Below are positions 31,285 through 40,505 of a stretch of 64,000 nucleotides of DNA, piece by piece. Each line of letters begins with the position of its first letter. The first letter of the stretch is position 1. The stretch is from positions 7,489-71,488 of the forward strand of contig CAYZNK010000002.1 in the NCBI GenBank assembly GCA_964479955.1, written 5' to 3'. The DNA is from an uncultured Candidatus Saccharibacteria bacterium (GTDB lineage: Bacteria > Patescibacteriota > Minisyncoccia > Minisyncoccales > Staskawiczbacteraceae). A program made the translations under genes and the position numbers. The notes under the pieces are model-generated. The model worked only from the letters and a program-made list of their open reading frames with translations. It ran no database searches and was not told where the DNA came from.

Positions 31285-31875
31285 ATGAAATTTATATTAG
31301 GTCACAAGATAGGAATGTCTCAGATGTTTGATAAAAACGGAAAGTTAAATCCGGTGACTTTAATTACAGCAGGGCCGTGCTATGTTTTGCAGAAAAAAAC
31401 AAAAGAAAAAGACGGATATGAGGCAACACAAATAGGATTTGAAAAAATTGAAAAGAAAAACAAAATCAAAAAAACAATGAAAGGAAAGGAGTTTAAATTT
31501 GTTAGGGAAGAAAGAGGCGCAGACGAAAAAAGTACAGGAGATGAGATAAATATTTCTTTGTTTCAGGAGGGTGATACCATAAAGGTTGCAGGGTTTTCAA
31601 AAGGAAAAGGGTTTCAGGGGGCTGTAAAAAGGCATGGGTTTCACGGAAGAAGAGCAACCCACGGAGCAAAACACGAACAAAGGACAATCGGTTCTGTTGG
31701 AACAAGGTTTCCTCAACACGTTATGAAGGGTAGAAAAATGCCAGGCCGCATGGGAAATGAGAGGGTGACAGTTAAAAATTTGAAAATATTAAAAGTTGAT
31801 TTGGAAAATAATTTGTTAGTTATAAAAGGAGCAGTGCCCGGAAAGAACGGAGCTCTTTTGGAAATCAGAGGATAA
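31285..31875 (+). CDS. rplC: 50S ribosomal protein L3
   Basis: Canonical L3 (GKGFQGAVKRHGF.G...HG). Confidence 0.96.
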   Translation: MKFILGHKIGMSQMFDKNGKLNPVTLITAGPCYVLQKKTKEKDGYEATQIGFEKIEKKNKIKKTMKGKEFKFVREERGADEKSTGDEINISLFQEGDTIKVAGFSKGKGFQGAVKRHGFHGRRATHGAKHEQRTIGSVGTRFPQHVMKGRKMPGRMGNERVTVKNLKILKVDLENNLLVIKGAVPGKNGALLEIRG

Positions 31876-31887
31876 TTTCACAGTTTT

Positions 31888-32517
31888 ATGAAAACAGATG
31901 TTTACAATCAAGAAGGCAAAATAGTCGGAAGCGCAAATTTGCCAAAAGAAATATTTGAAGTAAGTTTCAATGCTGATTTGGTGCATCAGGTTTTGGTTTC
32001 AATGAACTCAAACAAAAGACAGAATTCTGCACATACAAAAAATAGAGGAGAGGTGCGCGGGGGAGGAAAAAAGCCATGGAGGCAGAAAGGAACAGGACGA
32101 GCAAGGCACGGGTCTTCAAGGTCTCCTATATGGAGAGGCGGAGGAATTACCTTCGGTCCCAGAAATGAAAAAAATTATGTCAAGGATATCCCTAAAAAGA
32201 TGAGGAGAAAGGCCTTGTTTATGCTTCTTTCAGAAAAATTAAAGTCAAACCAATTGGTTGTCTTGGATGGAATTGAACCAAAATCAGGAAAAACAAAGGA
32301 AATGGCAGAGATGTTGAAAAAATTGCCATGCAAGGGCCAAAATACATTAATTGCCTTGCCAAATTATGATAAAAAAATTGTTTTGTCTGCAAGGAATATT
32401 AAGAAAACATCAATTGAAGAGACAAGAAATTTGAATGTCCTAAACCTGTTAGATTATAAGTATTTATTATTGACAAAAGACGGAATTAAAACAATAGAAA
32501 ATACATTTTTGAAATAA
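31888..32517 (+). CDS. rplD: 50S ribosomal protein L4
   Basis: GGGKKPWRQKGTGRARHGS.RSPIWRGGG. Confidence 0.96.
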   Translation: MKTDVYNQEGKIVGSANLPKEIFEVSFNADLVHQVLVSMNSNKRQNSAHTKNRGEVRGGGKKPWRQKGTGRARHGSSRSPIWRGGGITFGPRNEKNYVKDIPKKMRRKALFMLLSEKLKSNQLVVLDGIEPKSGKTKEMAEMLKKLPCKGQNTLIALPNYDKKIVLSARNIKKTSIEETRNLNVLNLLDYKYLLLTKDGIKTIENTFLK

Positions 32518-32540
32518 TTAGAAATTAGAAATTCGTTATT

Positions 32541-32996
32541 ATGGCTTTATTAGACTTTTTAAAAAATAAAAATAATACCCAAAATGCAGACAAAGCAAAA
32601 AAAGGCGTCAAAAAGGCAGAACAAAAGCCCGAGAAAGTTTTGGCTGAATCTGATTCCAAAAAAGTGGAAAAAACAAAAGTTAGCCAGCCTATTGCCAAAC
32701 AAAAACCGAAAAAAACAGGAAGTTTTTCTTATGAAGCTGTTAAAAAGCCGCACATTTCAGAAAAAGCTACATATTTATCAGAAAAAAATCAATATGTATT
32801 TCAAGTTTCACCTGGATTTAATAAAACAGAAATTAAAAAATCTATAGAGGGGATTTACGGAGTAGATGTGTTATCGGCGAATATAGTGAAAATTCCGGCA
32901 AAGAAAAGGAGAATTGGCAGGACGGAAGGTTTTAAAAGAGGATATTCAAAAATAATAGTTAAAATAAAAGAAGGCCAGAAAATTGAAATTTTATAA
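32541..32996 (+). CDS. rplW: 50S ribosomal protein L23 with ~60-aa Lys-rich N-terminal extension
   Basis: C-terminal ~90 aa is canonical L23 (KPHISEKAT...YVFQV...NKTEIKK). Confidence 0.92.
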   Translation: MALLDFLKNKNNTQNADKAKKGVKKAEQKPEKVLAESDSKKVEKTKVSQPIAKQKPKKTGSFSYEAVKKPHISEKATYLSEKNQYVFQVSPGFNKTEIKKSIEGIYGVDVLSANIVKIPAKKRRIGRTEGFKRGYSKIIVKIKEGQKIEIL

Positions 32997-33023
32997 AATT
33001 TTTAAAATAAGAGATTCAAAATA

Positions 33024-33860
33024 ATGAAACTGTATAAACCAACAACTCCATCAAGAAGGAAGATGTCAGGAATAGATTTCTCTTTGCTTTCCAAGAAAAA
33101 GCCCGAGAAAAGCCTTTTGAAATACGTGAAAAGATGCGTTGGTAGGTCAAAATCAACAGGGAGAATTACAACAAGGCACAAAGGCGGGGGAGTTAAAAAG
33201 TTTTATAGGATCATTGAATTTTCACAAACAAAGATTAATATCCCAGCAAAAGTGATTGCTTTGGAGTACGACCCAAACAGGACTGCTTTTATTGCGCTTA
33301 TAGAATACCAAGAAAACAAAGAGAAACAATATATTATAGCTCCGCAAGGATTAAAAGTGGGAAACGATGTTATTTTTTCTGAAAATGAAAAAATTTTGTT
33401 GAATCCGGGGAACAGAACATTGTTGAAAAACATCCCAATTGGAACAGCTGTTTATAATATTGAATTGGAGCCAGGGAAAGGAGGAAAGATTGTCAGGTCA
33501 GCAGGAAGTTCGGCGCAGGTTTTGGCTCATGACGGAGATTATGTTAACTTAAAAATGCCTTCAACAGAAGTAAGAAAATTTAGTGGAAATTGTTTTGCTT
33601 CAATTGGAATGGTTTCAAATCCGGAAAACAGATTTTACAGGGTTGGAAAAGCGGGTAAAAACAGGCACAAAGGAATAAGGCCGACAGTAAGAGGTTCTGC
33701 AATGAATCCTGTTGACCATCCGCATGGAGGAGGAGAAGGAAGACAGCCAATTGGATTAAAACATCCTAAGACTCCGTGGGGAAGGCCGGCATTGGGGGTA
33801 AAAACAAGAAATAAGAAAAAGTGGTCAAATAAATTGATAATTCAAAGACGCAAAAAATAA
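33024..33860 (+). CDS. rplB: 50S ribosomal protein L2
   Basis: GRITTRHKGGG...VRGSAMNPVDHPHGGGEG. Confidence 0.97.
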   Translation: MKLYKPTTPSRRKMSGIDFSLLSKKKPEKSLLKYVKRCVGRSKSTGRITTRHKGGGVKKFYRIIEFSQTKINIPAKVIALEYDPNRTAFIALIEYQENKEKQYIIAPQGLKVGNDVIFSENEKILLNPGNRTLLKNIPIGTAVYNIELEPGKGGKIVRSAGSSAQVLAHDGDYVNLKMPSTEVRKFSGNCFASIGMVSNPENRFYRVGKAGKNRHKGIRPTVRGSAMNPVDHPHGGGEGRQPIGLKHPKTPWGRPALGVKTRNKKKWSNKLIIQRRKK

Positions 33861-33904
33861 TCGAGCAAAGCGAGAAATATTATTCACTTCGTTCATAAAT
33901 TATC

Positions 33905-34237
33905 ATGGCAAGAAGTTTAAAAAAAGGTCCGTATATTGACGAAAAATTATTGAAAAAAGTATTGGGCCTGAGAAAAGACGAAAAAAAGATTATAAAGACA
34001 TGGGCAAGGCATTCTTCTATCTCTCCGGAAATGATTGGCTGTACTTTTGGCGTACATAATGGAAAGGAATTTGTTCCGGTTTATGTTTCAGAGGATATGG
34101 TGGGCCATAAATTAGGAGAATTTGCCGCAACAACTAGATTTTTGAGGCATGGAGGAAAAATACAAAAAGCCATAGAAGCCGGAGAGGAACAAAAACAGGC
34201 AGTTAAAATAGAGCAGTCATCTGTTGCCAAGAAATAA
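33905..34237 (+). CDS. rpsS: 30S ribosomal protein S19
   Basis: [11 protein letters not shown]...[12 protein letters not shown]...[12 protein letters not shown]. Confidence 0.96.
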   Translation: MARSLKKGPYIDEKLLKKVLGLRKDEKKIIKTWARHSSISPEMIGCTFGVHNGKEFVPVYVSEDMVGHKLGEFAATTRFLRHGGKIQKAIEAGEEQKQAVKIEQSSVAKK

Positions 34238-34274
34238 TTATGAAAAAGGTTTTTAGACTTTTAAATATAAAAAA

Positions 34275-34754
34275 ATGGAAATAAAGGTAAAATTAAACAA
34301 TTTAAGGACAGCACCAAGAAAGACCAGACTGGTTGTTGATTTGGTAAGAGGAAAAAAGTTGGCAGAAGCTCAGAGCATTCTTTCTTTTACCGTGAATAAA
34401 ACAGCGAGAAATGTTTTAAAACTTTTGAATTCAGCCGTAGCTTCAGCAACAAATGATTTTCACATGGATCAGTCAACCCTTTTTGTATCTAAAATAACTG
34501 TTGATGAAGGACCAAAATTAAAAAGGTGGCACCCTATGTCTAGGGGAAGGGCTTATCCTATTATAAAAAGGACTTCTCATGTATGCCTTGTATTAAGTGA
34601 CGGAAAGAATGAAGTATCAGAGGAAAAAACAGAAAAGCATGCAAATAAAAAAACAGAGATTAAAAAAATACAGCAAGAAAAACCAAAAGCAAAAAAGACA
34701 ACAAAGGCCGTAAAGGACGCAAAAACCAAGAGAAAACAGACTAAAAATAAATAG
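34275..34754 (+). CDS. rplV: 50S ribosomal protein L22 with Lys-rich C-terminal extension
   Basis: RTAPRKTRLVVDLVRGK...EGP.LKRW.PMSRGRAYPI.KRTSH. Confidence 0.95.
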   Translation: MEIKVKLNNLRTAPRKTRLVVDLVRGKKLAEAQSILSFTVNKTARNVLKLLNSAVASATNDFHMDQSTLFVSKITVDEGPKLKRWHPMSRGRAYPIIKRTSHVCLVLSDGKNEVSEEKTEKHANKKTEIKKIQQEKPKAKKTTKAVKDAKTKRKQTKNK

Positions 34755-34762
34755 TTAAAAGT

Positions 34763-35416
34763 ATGGCTCATAAAGTTCACCCAAAATCATATAGAATAAA
34801 AGGAACGGAAGACTGGAATATCCGCGGATTTTATGGTAAAAAAATGCCTCGATATCTTCAGGAGGATATTTTGGTAAAAGATTTTTTAAGGGGAAAATTA
34901 TCTGATGCTTCTGTTGCCAATATACAAATAGAACATTCTGAAAATAAAATAAACATTATAATTGAAACCGCAAGGCCGGGATTGATAATAGGAAGAGGAG
35001 GAAACGGTATAGAATTATTAAAAACCGAAATTGAAAAAAAGATAAGAAAAAAATTAAAAACAGGAGAATTAAGAGAAATAAAATTAGAAATTAAGGAAGT
35101 GAAGAACCCATGGGTTTCATCTGCATTGATTGCACAGATAATAGCCCAGCAGATAGAAAAAAGAATGCCCTTCAGACAAGTTTTGAAAAAATCAATCGAA
35201 AAGGCAATGTCAAGCAGAGAAGCGCTTGGAATAAGGATAGAAGTTTCAGGAAGATTGAACGGAATTGAAATCGCAAGAAGGGAATGGCTGTCTCAGGGAA
35301 AGATGCCAAGAAACACAATAAGAGCTGATATTGATTATGCCCAAAGCGAGGCTCATTGTACATATGGTAAAATTGGAATAAAGGTCTGGATATATAAAGG
35401 CGAAAAATTTGAATAA
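34763..35416 (+). CDS. rpsC: 30S ribosomal protein S3
   Basis: HKVHP...RPGLIIGRGG (KH domain). Confidence 0.96.
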   Translation: MAHKVHPKSYRIKGTEDWNIRGFYGKKMPRYLQEDILVKDFLRGKLSDASVANIQIEHSENKINIIIETARPGLIIGRGGNGIELLKTEIEKKIRKKLKTGELREIKLEIKEVKNPWVSSALIAQIIAQQIEKRMPFRQVLKKSIEKAMSSREALGIRIEVSGRLNGIEIARREWLSQGKMPRNTIRADIDYAQSEAHCTYGKIGIKVWIYKGEKFE

Positions 35417-35446
35417 AAAAGAATATAGATTTTAAACTCAAAAATT

Positions 35447-35866
35447 ATGGCTATTTTAATGCCCAAAAAAGTAAAACACAGAAAATGGCACAGAGGAAAG
35501 TCTAAAGGAATTGAAACAAGAGCAACAGAAATTAATTTTGGCAGTTTTGGGTTAAAATCATTGGACACCAAATGGATTACAGCAAGGCAGTTGGAAGCGT
35601 CAAGGAGGTATATAATAAGATATCTTAAAAAGGGAGGGAAGCTTTGGGTAAGAGTTTTTCCAGATAAGCCGGTTACTTTCAAGGGGTCAGAGGTTGGAAT
35701 GGGAGGAGGAAAAGGAGGTGTTGATCACTATGTTTTTCCGATAAGGCCAGGAAGGATGATATTTGAACTGGACGGATTAAAGGAAGAGATAGCCAAGGAA
35801 GCGCTTGAAGGAGCAGCAATGAAGCTTCCTATAAAAACAAAATTTGTCAAAAAAGAATCGCAATAA
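35447..35866 (+). CDS. rplP: 50S ribosomal protein L16
   Basis: MPKKVKHRK.HRG...ARQLEA.RR...MGGGKG. Confidence 0.96.
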   Translation: MAILMPKKVKHRKWHRGKSKGIETRATEINFGSFGLKSLDTKWITARQLEASRRYIIRYLKKGGKLWVRVFPDKPVTFKGSEVGMGGGKGGVDHYVFPIRPGRMIFELDGLKEEIAKEALEGAAMKLPIKTKFVKKESQ

Positions 35867-35881
35867 ACAATAACCTTGATT

Positions 35882-36082
35882 ATGAAAGCTAAAGAATTAT
35901 TTAAAAAAGACAAAAAAGAATTGGAAAAATTGGTTCAAGAGCACAGAAAAAAGCTGAGCGACCTTAGGTTTAACTTTTCATCCAATAAGCTTAAAAATAC
36001 AAAGGAAATAAATAATCATAAAAAAGATATTGCAAGAATATTGACTGTGAAAAAAGAACTGGAAAGCAAGACAAAGCAATAA
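35882..36082 (+). CDS. rpmC: 50S ribosomal protein L29
   Basis: MKAKELFKKDKKELEKLVQEHRKKLSDLRF. ATG 35882 is preferred to TTG 35876. Confidence 0.9.
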   Translation: MKAKELFKKDKKELEKLVQEHRKKLSDLRFNFSSNKLKNTKEINNHKKDIARILTVKKELESKTKQ

Positions 36083-36111
36083 AACATATTTAATTTTTAA
36101 ATTTTAAAATT

Positions 36112-36345
36112 ATGCCAAAAAGAAAATTAAAAGGAACAGTGGTTTCAGATAAAATGCAAAAAACTATTGTGGTTCAGGTGGAAAGCATAAAAGAGCACCC
36201 AAAATACAAAAGAAGATTTAAAATGCACAAAAAATACAAGGCGCATGACGAGAATAGAGAGTATCATATTGGAGATAAGGTTGTAATAGAAGAAATGGCC
36301 CCTGTTTCAAAAGATAAAAAATGGAAGGCAATCGGGCGAATATAA
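36112..36345 (+). CDS. rpsQ: 30S ribosomal protein S17
   Basis: KLKGTVVSDKMQKTIVV.VE....HPKYKR....KKYKAHDE. Confidence 0.95.
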   Translation: MPKRKLKGTVVSDKMQKTIVVQVESIKEHPKYKRRFKMHKKYKAHDENREYHIGDKVVIEEMAPVSKDKKWKAIGRI

Positions 36346-36368
36346 TTTATTCCGTTTATAAAATTATC

Positions 36369-36737
36369 ATGATTCAAACACGTTCAATGTTAAAAGTCGC
36401 AGACAATTCCGGCGCAAAGATAATCCAGGTTATCAATATTCCGGGAGGAACAAGAAGAAGATATGCTCAGTTAGGAGACGTTATTGTTGCTGCGGTTAAG
36501 AAAGCAGAACCAAGAAAATTAGTTAAAAAACACGACAAAGTAAAAGCGGTTATCATAAGGCAAAGGAAAGAATATAAAAGAACGGACGGCTCTTACATAA
36601 GGTTTGACGATAATGCGGCCGTAATATTGGGAGACGGAAAGATGCCAAAAGGAAGCAGGGTCTTGGGGCCTGCGCCAAAAGAGCTGAAAGAAAAAGGTTT
36701 TGACAAGATAGCAATGATGGCTTCGGAGCTTCTTTAA
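36369..36737 (+). CDS. rplN: 50S ribosomal protein L14
   Basis: MIQTRSMLKVADNSGAK. The track start 36321 would overlap rpsQ and is rejected. Confidence 0.96.
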   Translation: MIQTRSMLKVADNSGAKIIQVINIPGGTRRRYAQLGDVIVAAVKKAEPRKLVKKHDKVKAVIIRQRKEYKRTDGSYIRFDDNAAVILGDGKMPKGSRVLGPAPKELKEKGFDKIAMMASELL

Positions 36738-36792
36738 TAATCGGTATAAGTATAAAATTGAAACAAAATAGAAATACAATATATTAAGAATT

Positions 36793-37125
36793 ATGAAAGT
36801 AAAAAAAGGCGATACAATTTTGGTAATATCCGGAAAGGACAAAGGAAAAACAGCAAAGGTAGTAAAAGCATTTCCCAAAGAAAGCCAGATTTTAGTTGAA
36901 AATGTAAATTTAAAGAAAAAACATATAAGGCCCAAAAAAGAAGGAGAAAAAGGCCAGGTAGTCCAACTTCCAGCTCCAATTGATGTTTCTAACGCCAAAA
37001 TTATTTGTCCAAAATGCGGAAAAGCCACAAGGATAGGATATAAGATAGAAAAGCCGTCAAAAGACAAAACAGCCGTAAAATTCCAAAAAGAAAGAATTTG
37101 CAAAAAATGCAAAAGCAAGATTTAA
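36793..37125 (+). CDS. rplX: 50S ribosomal protein L24 (with CPKC...CKKC zinc-ribbon-like C-terminus)
   Basis: MKVKKGDTILVISGKDKGKTAKV. Confidence 0.93.
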   Translation: MKVKKGDTILVISGKDKGKTAKVVKAFPKESQILVENVNLKKKHIRPKKEGEKGQVVQLPAPIDVSNAKIICPKCGKATRIGYKIEKPSKDKTAVKFQKERICKKCKSKI

Positions 37126-37166
37126 CAGATTTTTAGATTGAAGCTTAAAGTTTTAAATAAAAATAA

Positions 37167-37721
37167 ATGAATTTAAAAGAAAAATACAAAAAAGAAATAA
37201 TCCCAGAACTCCAGAAAAAATTTGGATATAAGAATAAAATGGCCGTCCCGGCTATTAAAAAAGTTGTTGTAAACAGCTGTTTTGGCAAAAGCGTTATTGG
37301 AAAAACGGGGTCGGAAAGAGAAAAGATTCAAAATCTTATAATGCAGGATTTAGCTTTAATTACAGGGCAAAAACCCATTTTAATCAAGTCAAAAAAATCA
37401 ATAGCAGGTTTTAAGTTAAGAGAGAATTTGGAAATTGCGGCGAAAACAACATTGAGAAAACAAAAAATGTGGGATTTTATAGAAAGAACAATTTCCCTGA
37501 CTTTGCCAAGGTCAAGAGATTTTAAGGGAATAAATCAAAAATCGGTTGATAAAAATGGAAATTTAAACATAGGATTTAAGGAGCATATCATGTTCCCTGA
37601 AATTTTTACTGAAAAAGAAAAAACAATCTTCGGTTTGGAAATTACATTTAGCACAAATGCAAAAAGCAGGGAAGAAGGAATGGAATTATACAAATTATTG
37701 GGATTTCCCATAAAAGAATAA
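37167..37721 (+). CDS. rplE: 50S ribosomal protein L5
   Basis: Canonical L5 in the spc-operon position. Confidence 0.95.
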   Translation: MNLKEKYKKEIIPELQKKFGYKNKMAVPAIKKVVVNSCFGKSVIGKTGSEREKIQNLIMQDLALITGQKPILIKSKKSIAGFKLRENLEIAAKTTLRKQKMWDFIERTISLTLPRSRDFKGINQKSVDKNGNLNIGFKEHIMFPEIFTEKEKTIFGLEITFSTNAKSREEGMELYKLLGFPIKE

Positions 37722-37725
37722 TAAT

Positions 37726-37911
37726 ATGGCAAAAATATCACAAATAGCAAAATCAAACAAAAAACCCAAGTTTTCTTCAAGGGCCGTAAATAGGTGTTTT
37801 AAGTGCGGAAGAAGGCATGGTTTTATGAGAAAATTTGGACTTTGCAGGATATGTTTTAGAGAATTATCAAACAAAGGGGAAATCCCGGGAATTAAAAAAT
37901 CATCTTGGTAA
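37726..37911 (+). CDS. rpsN: 30S ribosomal protein S14, zinc-binding type Z
   Basis: 61 aa; [23 protein letters not shown]. Confidence 0.95.
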   Translation: MAKISQIAKSNKKPKFSSRAVNRCFKCGRRHGFMRKFGLCRICFRELSNKGEIPGIKKSSW

Positions 37912-37972
37912 AATAATTTATAGATAAAATCGAAATATAATTGTCCCGCTTACAGGGATTTATGTAAAAAAT

Positions 37973-38362
37973 ATGATTGACCCAATTACGGAAATGTTAA
38001 ATCAAATAAGGAATGCGCAAGCTGTCAAAAAGACAGAAGTTTTGGTTCCTTTTTCAAAAATTAAAAATGAGATTGCAATGATTTTTTTGAAAGAAGGATT
38101 TGCAGAGGATGTAAAAAAGTCCGTGAAAGCAGGGCAGAAGGCTCTGAAAATTGTCTTAAAGTATGACAATGGGGAGCCTGTGATTTCGGGGATAAAAAGG
38201 ATTTCAAAGCAGGGCCAAAGAATTTATGAAAAGTCAACTGAAATTAAAAAAGTGCACGGCGGATACGGCATATCAATAATTTCAACACCAAAAGGGTTAA
38301 TGACAAATAAAGATGCGAGAAAGCAAAAATTGGGAGGAGAGGTCATCTGCCAAGTTTGGTAA
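37973..38362 (+). CDS. rpsH: 30S ribosomal protein S8
   Basis: DPITEMLNQIRNA; C-terminal GGEVICQVW. Confidence 0.95.
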   Translation: MIDPITEMLNQIRNAQAVKKTEVLVPFSKIKNEIAMIFLKEGFAEDVKKSVKAGQKALKIVLKYDNGEPVISGIKRISKQGQRIYEKSTEIKKVHGGYGISIISTPKGLMTNKDARKQKLGGEVICQVW

Positions 38363-38397
38363 TAAATATTTCAGCTTATTTTTAAGTTTATAAAATT

Positions 38398-38943
38398 ATG
38401 TCACGAATAGGAAAAAAACCAATTATAATAACAGAAGGGGTTAAAATTGATATTTCTGAAACTGAGGTTAAAGTTGCAGGTCCCAAGGGAGAGTTAAGGC
38501 AAGCAATGCACCCTGAAATTAAAGTTGAACTTTCAGAGGGAAAAGTTTTTGTTTCTCCCAAATCAAAGCTGTCAAAAAAGGGCCGGGGATTGTGGGGGCT
38601 TTATAGAGTTTTGATATCAAATATGATTGAAGGAGTAAGCAAGGGATTTGAGAAAAAGCTTGAAATTGAAGGAGTTGGATTTAAGGCGGCTGTTGCAGCA
38701 GACAAATTAGTTTTAAATCTTGGTTTTGTAAATCCTGTTGAAATTAAAAAGCCCGAAGGGATCACCTTTACAGTTGAAAAAAATTTAATAACAGTTTCGG
38801 GGATTGACAAGCAACTTGTCGGAGAAACTGCGGCAATTATCAGAAAACAAAAGAAAGCAGAACCATATAAGGGGAAAGGAATTAAATACCAGGGAGAAAA
38901 AATAAGAAGGAAAGAAGGTAAAAAGGTTGTTTCTTCAAAATAG
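38398..38943 (+). CDS. rplF: 50S ribosomal protein L6
   Basis: MSRIGKKPI...EPYKGKGIKY.GE. Confidence 0.95.
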   Translation: MSRIGKKPIIITEGVKIDISETEVKVAGPKGELRQAMHPEIKVELSEGKVFVSPKSKLSKKGRGLWGLYRVLISNMIEGVSKGFEKKLEIEGVGFKAAVAADKLVLNLGFVNPVEIKKPEGITFTVEKNLITVSGIDKQLVGETAAIIRKQKKAEPYKGKGIKYQGEKIRRKEGKKVVSSK

Positions 38944-39015
38944 ACGTCACTTATAAATTATATAATTAATCATTTAGTCAAAATAATATTTTTTGACCTC
39001 GCTCATAATTATAAA

Positions 39016-39366
39016 ATGTCAGTAAAAAAAATAAAAAAAGAAAGGAGGCATCTGAAAATCAGGGCAAAGATCAGCGGAACAGGAAAAAGGCCAAGGCTTT
39101 GTGTTTTTAGGTCTATAAACCATATTTATGCTCAGCTGATAAACGATGAAAATGGAAAGGTTTTGGTTTCTGTTTCAGACAAGGATATTTCAGGAAAAAA
39201 GAAAATAACAAAAACAGAATCTGCAAAGGAAGTAGGAAAAATTTTAGCTAAAAAGGCAATTGATAGCAAAATAACAGAAGTTGTTTTTGATAGAGGGGGG
39301 TTAATTTTTTTCGGAAGAGTAAAATCTTTGGCTGAGGGAGCAAGGGAAGGAGGACTGAAATTCTAA
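39016..39366 (+). CDS. rplR: 50S ribosomal protein L18
   Basis: [17 protein letters not shown]...FDRGG...[15 protein letters not shown]. Confidence 0.95.
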   Translation: MSVKKIKKERRHLKIRAKISGTGKRPRLCVFRSINHIYAQLINDENGKVLVSVSDKDISGKKKITKTESAKEVGKILAKKAIDSKITEVVFDRGGLIFFGRVKSLAEGAREGGLKF

Positions 39367-39399
39367 TTTTCAATTATCAATTTTCAATTTTTAAAAATT

Positions 39400-39957
39400 A
39401 TGGAAGACGTAAAAACAACGGAAAAAATAGAAACAGATAAAAAGCCAGAACCATTTAAACAAGTTCGCAGGGCTGGTTTTGGAAGGGCTGGTTTTGGAAG
39501 GGCTGTTGCAAAAGATGAGTTTGAGTCAAAGCTTTTAGATTTGGCAAGGGTTACCAGGGTTACGGGCGGAGGAAAAAGATTAAGATTTAGGGCAGTTATA
39601 ATAGCCGGAAATAAAAAGGGGAAAATTGGAATAGGAATAGACAAGGGTAGGGACGTTTCCCAGGCCGTTGAAAAAGCAACCAGAAATGCCAAAAAGAATT
39701 TAATGGAAGTTATAATCACAGACGGAACAATACCTCATGAAGTGATAGCAAAGGCAGGACCTGCTGTTGTTATGCTAAAGCCCCAGAAAACAGGCAGAGG
39801 TTTAGTTGCAGGAGGAGTTGTAAGAGCAATTTGCGAATTGGCTGGAATCAAAAACATATCTTCTAAAATTCTTTCAGGGTCAAAGAATAAATTAAACAAT
39901 GCCAGAGCAACAATGGAAGCATTAAAAAAACTTAAAAATATAAAAAATAAAAAATAA
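39400..39957 (+). CDS. rpsE: 30S ribosomal protein S5 with N-terminal extension containing a tandem RAGFG repeat
   Basis: V.RVTRVTGGGKRLRFRA...GIG.GK..DV..A..KA. The 15-nt unit agggctggttttgga occurs twice at 39469-39498. Confidence 0.95.
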   Translation: MEDVKTTEKIETDKKPEPFKQVRRAGFGRAGFGRAVAKDEFESKLLDLARVTRVTGGGKRLRFRAVIIAGNKKGKIGIGIDKGRDVSQAVEKATRNAKKNLMEVIITDGTIPHEVIAKAGPAVVMLKPQKTGRGLVAGGVVRAICELAGIKNISSKILSGSKNKLNNARATMEALKKLKNIKNKK

Positions 39958-39990
39958 GTTTTATTTTTAAGTTTTTATATTTTAAAAATT

Positions 39991-40422
39991 ATGCAATTAC
40001 ACGAATTAAAGCCAACACATAAAAATAAATCCAAGAAAAGAGTGGGAAGAGGAGGAAAGAAAGGCACATATTCAGGTAAAGGATTAAAGGGTCAGAGTTC
40101 AAGGGCAGGAAGAAAGATGGTTCCGATAATAAGGGAAATAATAAAGAGGTATCCAAAGCTTAAAGGATACAGGAGATTTGTTTTTGAAAATAAAACAGCT
40201 ATAATTAATTTAGATACAATAGAAAAGAATTTTAAGGACGGAGATTCAGTAAATCCAAAAATTTTGATTGAAAAGGGAATTATAAGTTTAATGAAAGGAA
40301 AGATTCCTAAAGTTAAGATACTGGGAGATGGGAAAATTTCAAAAAAAATAACTGTTGAAAAATGCAATCTTTCAGATTCTGCGAAAGAGTCGATTAAAAA
40401 AGCCGGAGGATCAATAAAATAA
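39991..40422 (+). CDS. rplO: 50S ribosomal protein L15
   Basis: MQLHELKP...RVGRGGKKGTYSGKG.KGQ. It follows rpsE directly, with no L30 gene between them. Confidence 0.95.
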   Translation: MQLHELKPTHKNKSKKRVGRGGKKGTYSGKGLKGQSSRAGRKMVPIIREIIKRYPKLKGYRRFVFENKTAIINLDTIEKNFKDGDSVNPKILIEKGIISLMKGKIPKVKILGDGKISKKITVEKCNLSDSAKESIKKAGGSIK

Positions 40423-40505
40423 GCGAGACGTCCTTCGCTTTATATAATGAATTATTATATATCAATATAAAGCTCAGGATGATTTATTCGCTAAGCTCAT
40501 AAATC
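40422..40505 (+). promoter_or_regulatory. start-codon-abutting conserved hairpin element, copy c (expanded loop)
   Basis: agcgagacg[TCCT tcgctttatata...tatataaagctc AGGA]tgatttattcgctaagctcataaatc is directly followed by ATG 40506. Confidence 0.45.

Noticed and set aside
36519-37118. Long antisense ORFs: 36519-37118, 54720-55238, 180-671, 18570-19013, 50134-50874, 42121-42495, 61392-61751 and others in the minus-strand track.
   Set aside because: They lie fully opposite strongly supported conserved genes (rplN/rplX, murA, iscS, rpoA, adk, mreB). They have low-complexity, Ser/Phe/Ile-rich translations and no start-site signals, so they are shadow ORFs.
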